Notes under the pieces: generated by a model | The model's database searches: none | What the model was told of the DNA's origin: nothing | What the model saw: only the letters and a program-made list of their open reading frames with translations | Part shown: positions 57,200 through 64,000 of the stretch, piece by piece | How the letters are laid out: every line of letters starts with the position of its first letter | How positions within the stretch are numbered: the stretch's first letter is position 1 | Made by a program: the position numbers and the translations under genes | Virus record (IMG/VR): IMGVR_UViG_3300025000_000089 | DNA: 64,000 nt | Source of the DNA: an uncultured virus (IMG/VR IMGVR_UViG_3300025000_000089) | Taxonomy: Duplodnaviria; Heunggongvirae; Uroviricota; Caudoviricetes | Direction: 5' to 3' (one strand)

Positions 57200-57607
57200 A
57201 TGGTCAAAGAGCGCAAGAAGACGAAGCAGGGGTATCTCAGATACGAGAAAGACAGTACTGGGCGGTTGAGGATGCAGCATAACATTGTGTGGGAACAGCA
57301 CCATGGACCCATCCCGCTAGGTATGCAGATTCACCACAAGGATCTTGATCGTGCAAACAATGACATCTTGAACCTTCAACTTGTCACCCCATTGGAGCAC
57401 AAGCGGCTACACTCCGGTTGTCGCATCGTAAACGGAGAGTGGGAAAAACCCTGTAAGACTTGCGGAGAGTTCAAGCCGTGCACCGAAGAGCATTGGTATT
57501 TCTCCCGCGGCACAATCAATGGAAAAATCTGCAAAAAGTGTTTCATACAGAAAAGCCTAGATGTGCGCAAGCAACTTATAGCCAAAGGCTGGAAGCGCAA
57601 GTATTGA
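57200..57607 (+). CDS. HNH endonuclease
   Basis: H..VWEQHHGPIP.G.QIHHKD.DR.NN...NL..V...EH; TTGCAC..TATAGT promoter-like sequence upstream. Confidence 0.85.
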   Translation: MVKERKKTKQGYLRYEKDSTGRLRMQHNIVWEQHHGPIPLGMQIHHKDLDRANNDILNLQLVTPLEHKRLHSGCRIVNGEWEKPCKTCGEFKPCTEEHWYFSRGTINGKICKKCFIQKSLDVRKQLIAKGWKRKY

Positions 57608-59960
57608 GCAACTAAAACTTTCGCTCTAGGAGGCACCAATGACCCCGCAAGAGCGCGCAGAAGCCCACTGGAACGGCTACGTCGGCCCGCTGATGGAAGT
57701 GATGCTGAAATCCATGCTGGACGTGTGCCGCTTCCATTACATCAGCAGCCATGTACACGGCAGCAAGCACGGAGTTGAGGACGAGCAGGAGCGGGCGAAG
57801 TGTCCAAAGTAACCGGCACATGGCACCCGCCCCAATGCGGCGAGTGTAAATCCCCCGCCACTCCGCGCACCGTCCTTATCTGGAGCGGCGGCAGTGGACG
57901 GGACAGCAAAATGATATGTGGTGACTGCCAGGATAGGCAATGGAGGTTGAGAGATGGGAAAAGATGTGAGAATGAGGATGGCGCGGGTATCTGAGGAGGT
58001 GGCTAATGGGTAAGGAAGCCCGCGCAAAACTAGCAGCACCTGAGACCATGCTCCCCCGCGCAGACGTGCCGGTTATCGCGATGCTGGCGCTGATGGACGC
58101 GCTACTGGTTGACATGGAGAGGACGGCGCATACAGTCACCGAAAGCAGCAGGTTGCGAGAACATCGCGCACGGCTGAGAGCGTCGATGCGGAAGGACGTG
58201 GAGAGGTACAACGGAACGTTCGCCGGCAGAGTTACGGATGAGCTCATCCAGAAATGCGACCGCTACCTCTGCCGCGTTCAGGATGCCATGGATACCTTTT
58301 TTGAAAACATCACACCGGAAGACTTGGCAGAAATGGAGCGCGTCAAAGCGAACTGGCCGCAGCACAAAGACAATTAACCATCCTCTGCCCTGTGCGGTCT
58401 GGGGATATTTGGGGAGGGGAAGATGGATTGTCCTAACGGTCACGGTGAAATGGAATGGGCGCGGCAGTACATAGAAGCAGGCAGATACGGCGTGATGGTA
58501 GAGGTCTGGATTTGTCAAGAGTGCCAGTATTCACACGCGCAGGTTGCCTAACCCGCCCCCTGTGGCGGCTACGTGAGGGAGGGGAAGATGGGAGTGAGGG
58601 ACGCGGGATATATCAGCAGGATGCTCATAGAGGCATCCAACCACCATAGCGGGCTCACGGCGGAGCTAATGGAGGGTGCAGCATCAGAGATAGACTTGTT
58701 GGTGGATGAAAAGGCCGATTTGCAAGCCGAGATCTCCCGCCTCACCCTCTCCGCAGCCGAATCGCAGCGGGAGGAATGGAGGGACGGGGCGGCTGACTTT
58801 GCTTGCCACCTCATCAACAACTGTGAATTGGAGACGATCACTGAAGAGTTTATCCGTCAAGCGCTGATGGACTTCGCAAAAGCGGCAGAGGCGGTGCACC
58901 ATGAGTAAACCGGGGTTCCTCCTCAAATTCATAGCCGAGTGCGTAGCTTTTGCCGTCACTGGCTCCGCTTGCAACACTCCCAAGAAGAAGAAAAAGAAGG
59001 AGGGGAAGAAGTGAGCGCACCCTGTCCCAAATGCCAAGGCAGCGGCAAAGACCTGACGAAAATGGCCATCCGCGCCAAAGTTCCTAACACCCTCCCCGGC
59101 CTGCCGCGCTACAAGCTGGTATCGCCGTTGTGCGACCTCTGCGGCGGGAGTGGGGAGCGGGAGGAAATTGGCCTGACCAGCAGCCAAGCGTAGGAGACTG
59201 ACATGATATGTGAAGACTGTCGTTATAAGTGGGATAAATCGCAAGCTATGGGATGGTGTCACTGGTCGTTTACAAGGCCGAAAAAAAGACACTGTGTCAA
59301 TTTTGTGTCGTGCGATTGACCGCACTTGTGCAGTGTGCAGGAGACTGACATGAAATGCATTGATTGTGGAGCGGAGACAGGTAGCAACAGGCGCAAAAGG
59401 TGCGACCCCTGCCGCGATATAAGGGAAACCGAAAAGATCAAAGAGACCAACCGGCGGCACTCGATCAAGAAAACCGCCGAGCGCCAAGCGAACCCGCGTA
59501 AGTGCATCGTCTGCGGCGAGCCTACGGAGCATTCCCGCGTAAAGTACTGCGCACCGTGTCGCATTGCAGCAGCGCAGGCGCGGGAGGAGAGCAGGACCAA
59601 GCGCGTCGCCGTGGCACGCATCGGCACAGAGGAGCGCAGGAAGCGGCAGAGGGAGGCAGAGGATGAAATCCTCATCAAGCCTGCAAAGCCCTGGAAGCGG
59701 AAGCCGAAGCCCGCGCCGATCATGACCAATGAAGAGCAGAAGAGGCACGACGAAGAACTGGAAAAGCGGCTGTCGGAGGAGTGCGGATATAATCGCAGCG
59801 ATCCGCGCTCACTGTCAAAGGAAGAGATTGCGGCGCTGTTGCCCACTCTCATCCGTGAACCGCAACAGCAAAGCTATGTCGGCTACTGTGACAGGATGAT
59901 GACAGAAGGGTGGAGTTGATAATACTAACCCGCGCTAATACCATTTCCATTCACGTTACA

Positions 59961-60123
59961 TTGTGCTTGCGGCGGTCTAGTAGTATTATGGTGGCAAATA
60001 TTGAGCGGTTGACGAGCCTGTGGGGGGCGCGTAGACTATAAGCTTCGGTGTAGGGCGGATTGCGCCCGAACCCCTAACCCTCCCCGGTGCGCCCCACACG
60101 CCCGGTGGAGGGTTTTGTATTTT
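59961..60123 (+). promoter_or_regulatory. Tandem promoters, leader and terminator upstream of the initiator, unit 2
   Basis: TTGTGC-17-TATTAT at 59961; TTGACG-17-TAGACT at 60009; hairpin 60076-60114 plus T-rich tail. Confidence 0.65.
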
Positions 60124-60147
60124 CAGTGATATGCAGGAGGTAGTGAA

Positions 60148-61047
60148 GTGGCGCGGCCTCAAAAAGCTACAGTGGATTATTTCCCTCATCAAGCAGAACA
60201 CGGCGCAACTCTGTTTATCCTCCAAGACAAATGGGGGAATGACGGATTTGCAGCATGGTTCAAGATACTAGAGAGGCTTGCTGCATCAGATGGTCATTAC
60301 ATCGACTGCCGCAACCAAGGGGTGTGGCTGCACCTTGTAGCCTATACGAGAGTGGACACTCACACGCTAACTGAGATGCTCGACCTGCTCGCCGGACTGG
60401 GAAAGATTGACTCTGAATTATGGAAAGAGCGTGTCATTTTCTGTCAGCGTTTTGTCGATGGGATCACAGATGCATACCGTCGCCGCATTAATGCATTACC
60501 CTCCCGCGACAAGGTTATTGCCGTCACAAAGGTGGTTATTGCCGTCAATATGCCGTCAGAAACTCCCACGAACGAGCAAACTGACGGCAGAAGTACAGAA
60601 AGGGAAAGGGAAAGGGAAAGGGAAAGGGAAAGAAAAGAAGAAGAAACCTTTTCTGCATCCTTCGATGCAGAGCAACCCGCCGAGCATGAATTTTACCTTA
60701 CAGCCAAGAAGCGGAAACTGACCGGGGAGAGGCTGTCAACCTTTAACGAGTTCATGGACGCTTTCGGGGACAGGAGAGGCAAAGCACAGGCGGCGGATTC
60801 ATGGCACGACCTCAAGCCATTCACCCGCTCGCTGTTCGCTGAAATCATGGCCGGGGCGAAACGGTACAACGAAAGCCGCGACAAGATGAAACAGGAGAAC
60901 CGGACACCGAAGATGGCGCAGGGGTGGCTGACTGGTAGGAGATGGGAAGACGAAGCCCTGGGTGATAGCGCCAAAAACGTTTTCTCCCCCGTAACGCAAC
61001 AAGAAGCCGAACGACTCAGAAAGGCGATGGCAAAATATGACGACTGA
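60148..61047 (+). CDS. Replication initiator (DUF4373-like N-terminus)
   Basis: MARP.K..VDYFPH; C-terminal F.EF..AF....GK..A..PKMAQGWL..RRWEDE. Confidence 0.8.
   Translation: MARPQKATVDYFPHQAEHGATLFILQDKWGNDGFAAWFKILERLAASDGHYIDCRNQGVWLHLVAYTRVDTHTLTEMLDLLAGLGKIDSELWKERVIFCQRFVDGITDAYRRRINALPSRDKVIAVTKVVIAVNMPSETPTNEQTDGRSTERERERERERERKEEETFSASFDAEQPAEHEFYLTAKKRKLTGERLSTFNEFMDAFGDRRGKAQAADSWHDLKPFTRSLFAEIMAGAKRYNESRDKMKQENRTPKMAQGWLTGRRWEDEALGDSAKNVFSPVTQQEAERLRKAMAKYDD
60513..60627. repeat. Iterons and purine tract, putative origin
   Basis: GGTTATTGCCGTCA x2, a third TGCCGTCA, inverted TGACGGCA at 60582, (GAAAGG)5 at 60598. Confidence 0.6.
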
Positions 61048-62377
61048 CAGGCAGGTACCACCACAGGCGATAGAGTCGGAAATGTCAATCCTCGGCGCGA
61101 TATTCGTTGAGAACGAGGCGATTGATACCGTAGCGGCGATAATAAAGGCTGATGACCTTTACCGCATCTCGCACCGTCACATCTACGCCGCCATGTGTGC
61201 GCTGCACGACAGCAACCAGCCTATCGACACTGTGACGCTCTCTGCAAAGCTCAAAGGGGCGGGAGTGCTTGAAGAGGTCGGCGGCGCTGCCTATCTCGCC
61301 GTGCTGGTCGATTTCGTACCGATGGCGGCAAATGTGGCCTACTACTGCAAAGAAGTCGCGCAGAAGGCAACAGAGCGCCGGATACTGGCCGGGGCAAGCG
61401 AGGCGGCACGGATCATCTACGCCGGCGGCGAACTGTCGGAAGCGGTGACGGTGATTGAGACTGCGATTCAGCCGGTCGTGGGGGTGCAGGCAACGGAGCC
61501 GGTGAGCATGGCCGCGTCACTGAGGGAAGCGGTTGTCAGGATCGAAAAGCGCCATGAGTCAAGGGGCGAGATCCAAGGCATCCCTTACGGCATCGCTGAG
61601 CTTGACGCCGCAACATCGGGGATGCATCCAGGAGAGCTGATCGTCATCGCAGGCCGTCCGTCAATGGGAAAGACCGCGCTTGCGCTGAACGTGCTTGGCA
61701 ATGTCGGAGCAACAGGCCGCGCCGGTATGTTGTTCTCGCTGGAAATGAGCAGGGGCGACAACGTGGACCGCATGGCGTCATCGAGGGGCATCAAGTACCA
61801 GAACATCCGCAGCGGGCAGCTTTCAGAGCTTGAGTGGATGAAGCTGTCGAAGTGTTTCGGGGAAATGAACGACTGGCGGCTGATGATTGATGACACTCCC
61901 GCTATCTCCCTGCGCGAAATCAGAGCCAAGGCGAGACGGCAGAAGCGCGACGGGCTTGACCTGATCGTCATCGACTATCTGCAGCTCATGTCTGTGACAG
62001 ATCCGCGAGCTAGCCGTGTACAGGGCATCGGGGAAATCAGCCGCGGGCTGAAGCATCTGGCGCGGGAGCTGGGAGTACCGGTTATCGCTCTCTCGCAGCT
62101 CAGTCGTGAGGTTGACAAGCGGATGGACAAGCGGCCGGTCATGAGCGACCTTCGCGACTCAGGCGAGATAGAGCAGGACGCGGATGTCATCATCTTCCCT
62201 TACAGGCCCGCCGTCTACTGCGACAAGTGCCGCGACAGGGTAGAGTCAAGCGACCACAGTTACAAAGAGCATCAGGCTAAAGCGGAGATAATCATTGAGA
62301 AGCAGCGGGCGGGAGAACGCAACTTGAGCGTTCCTGCCTGCTGGATTGGTCAGTATCAGCGGTTTGACAGCGTTTAA
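61037..62377 (+). CDS. dnaB: Replicative DNA helicase
   Basis: GRPSMGKT, FSLEM, IDYLQL, LSQLSR, DLRDSGEIEQDAD. Confidence 0.95.
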   Translation: MTTDRQVPPQAIESEMSILGAIFVENEAIDTVAAIIKADDLYRISHRHIYAAMCALHDSNQPIDTVTLSAKLKGAGVLEEVGGAAYLAVLVDFVPMAANVAYYCKEVAQKATERRILAGASEAARIIYAGGELSEAVTVIETAIQPVVGVQATEPVSMAASLREAVVRIEKRHESRGEIQGIPYGIAELDAATSGMHPGELIVIAGRPSMGKTALALNVLGNVGATGRAGMLFSLEMSRGDNVDRMASSRGIKYQNIRSGQLSELEWMKLSKCFGEMNDWRLMIDDTPAISLREIRAKARRQKRDGLDLIVIDYLQLMSVTDPRASRVQGIGEISRGLKHLARELGVPVIALSQLSREVDKRMDKRPVMSDLRDSGEIEQDADVIIFPYRPAVYCDKCRDRVESSDHSYKEHQAKAEIIIEKQRAGERNLSVPACWIGQYQRFDSV

Positions 62378-62386
62378 GGGGGAACT

Positions 62387-62566
62387 ATGAAATCAGGCAC
62401 GCGGGTGAAGATGGTCAAGACGATGGCACCGGTTGAGGTGCCGAACGGCACAGAAGGAGTGGTGACGAGTGCTAGCGAACGCATGGTTGTGGTTCAGTGG
62501 AGCAACGGGTATGTGCTCCCGATGTTCCTTGAAGAGGTAATCGAAACAGCAAACGAGCTTTTCTGA
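62387..62566 (+). CDS. DUF4314-like 59-aa protein
   Basis: GTRVKMVK...VP.GTEG.V.....V.WSNG; not in the supplied ORF track. Confidence 0.55.
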   Translation: MKSGTRVKMVKTMAPVEVPNGTEGVVTSASERMVVVQWSNGYVLPMFLEEVIETANELF

Positions 62567-62663
62567 GCCGATACCCCGTCAAATTTGGGCGAACGGGGGC
62601 GAGTGTAGGTAACGAGTCGCGTAGGGGGAAAGGGGCGGCTTAAAACGCAAATTTGGAGGTTTT

Positions 62664-62983
62664 ATGTTATCAGTGGGGCAGAAGTTGTGGTTTGTGCCAA
62701 GAAGGGGAGAGGCGCAAGAGGTTGAAGTGATTAAGGTGGACCGGAAGTGGGCGTATATTTCGGGCAGTCGTCCAGATCTGCGGGTTGATGTTGAAACGCT
62801 TTCTGCTGATGGTCGTGGCTACTCTTCCCCCGGCCAATGCCACATGGACCGCGAGGCTTACGAATTGGATGTGACGCGGAGAAAGGAGTGGTCAGAATGG
62901 TATGGCGACTTGGGGCCACATCCCCGCCGCCGCACCTGACGCTTGAGGACATCAGGGAAATCCGCGCTAAGCTGCGGCTGTAG
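62664..62983 (+). pseudogene. Frameshifted homologue of 25970-26281 (or read error)
   Basis: Homology continues in another frame (SPPPHLTLEDIREIRAKL) after the G4 run at 62912-62915. Confidence 0.6.
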
Positions 62984-64000
62984 GCAAATTTGGACGAAAT
63001 AGGGAAAAAAGGGGGGGGGTTATGACGGTGAATGAGTGTTTGGTGAGTTGCACAGAAGAGTTGATGAAGTTGATGAAGGCGGAACGTGTTGAGGTATACA
63101 ATCGGAGTATGGATGCGATGGTCGAAGCACTCGAAACCATCTCGGGACTTGTCAGGGATGCCACGAAACACAGTAGTTGCCAAGACTGCACAGTGGAAAG
63201 AAAAATGGAAAGTGTGCATGAGTACATCGCGAGGGTTATCAAATTGGTGGAACAAGGGCAAAGGGGGGAATCATGAACAAGAAAGAGCAGGCGTATGTGG
63301 AGGAGCTTGAGACGCGGCTGGCGTTGCGGTTTACGGGAGAGGGGACGATAGTGCCGGATGTGCCGCCGCCAACAGTGTATGAGATGGGCGACGTGCTGAC
63401 CAAGGGTTTCGTGTTCAACTTATACGGCAGTCGGGTAAGTGTGGCGTGTTCATCGTCAGTCAGCCACGCGGTAGGCCGAAACGACAAGACCGCCCGCAAA
63501 CAGTCAATAGCCCTCTACAGCACCCGCAAACTCGCACTCCAGGCCATGCGGCGGGAAATGGAGATGAACTTTGCGCGGGAGCTGCGGGCGGTGGATAGGA
63601 TGATCGCGGCAGAGGATAAGGGGGAGGAATCATGAGCGAATTGGAGCGGTACAAGGAAGCGGTGGAGTATCTGACGCGGGAAATGATCAGGATGCACAAA
63701 ATCAGTGGCGCTAGGGTGAGGGACGACGTTGAGAAGATCCTCAACCCGCAGCCCGTCTACGAAGAGGTGACGGTGGAGCGGTGGGAGTGTCCGAAGTGCG
63801 GGGCCGTCCATAAACCAGAAGACCACCGCGACTACTGCTGCAATATCCCGAGATCGGACGGTATTTCTCTCACCGGCACCCGCCGCGTGCAAGTGGCGCA
63901 GAAGGTGGAGCGGAGCGTTAGCGTGGAGGCGCACATCAACGGGTTCGGAAATGTCTTTAGCCTTAACGGGGACAGCCTCTTTTCTGAACATCCCGAGGTC

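Larger units (their letters stand above)
37661..64000 (+). mobile_element. Phage genome unit 2 (partial), mosaic relative of unit 1
   Basis: Colinear with 1-26732, with scattered substitutions and many non-homologous gene swaps. Confidence 0.9.

Noticed and set aside
60598..60627. (GAAAGG)5 as a phase-variable locus
   Set aside because: The 6-nt unit keeps the frame; purine-rich linkers are typical of phage initiator genes
1..64000. Exact tandem duplication or concatemer of a single genome
   Set aside because: The copies differ by many substitutions and whole-gene swaps
1..64000. CRISPR array, tRNA or rRNA genes
   Set aside because: No regularly spaced repeat-spacer pattern or cloverleaf seen by eye; intergenic gaps are short

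Overview
The whole window is phage DNA. It holds two related but clearly different temperate-type podovirus genomes (P22-like head/tail layout) joined head-to-tail. Position 1 corresponds to 37661 (offset 37660) and 63961 to 26693 (offset 37268), so one complete ~37.5 kb unit plus ~70% of a second is visible. Gene order in the unit: tail hub, needle, ejection proteins, tailspike, lysis genes with a lipase, leftward repressor operon, early genes, recombination, replication, terminase, portal, rope-and-bead fibre genes, scaffold, capsid. I found no integrase, partition genes, att junction or host DNA. Comparing the two copies exposes swapped gene slots. A Tad2-like anti-Thoeris sponge is replaced by a stand-alone JAB isopeptidase plus an inverted-repeat-flanked unknown gene. 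A second gp7-like ejection protein is replaced by a Tes/MJ0619-like radical SAM enzyme. Other swaps are M15 vs TIGR02594 endolysin, Rad52-like vs ERF recombinase, VRR-NUC vs DUF1064 nuclease, two unrelated replication modules, and repressors with co-varying operator palindromes. All family assignments come from motif recognition by eye, not database searches.
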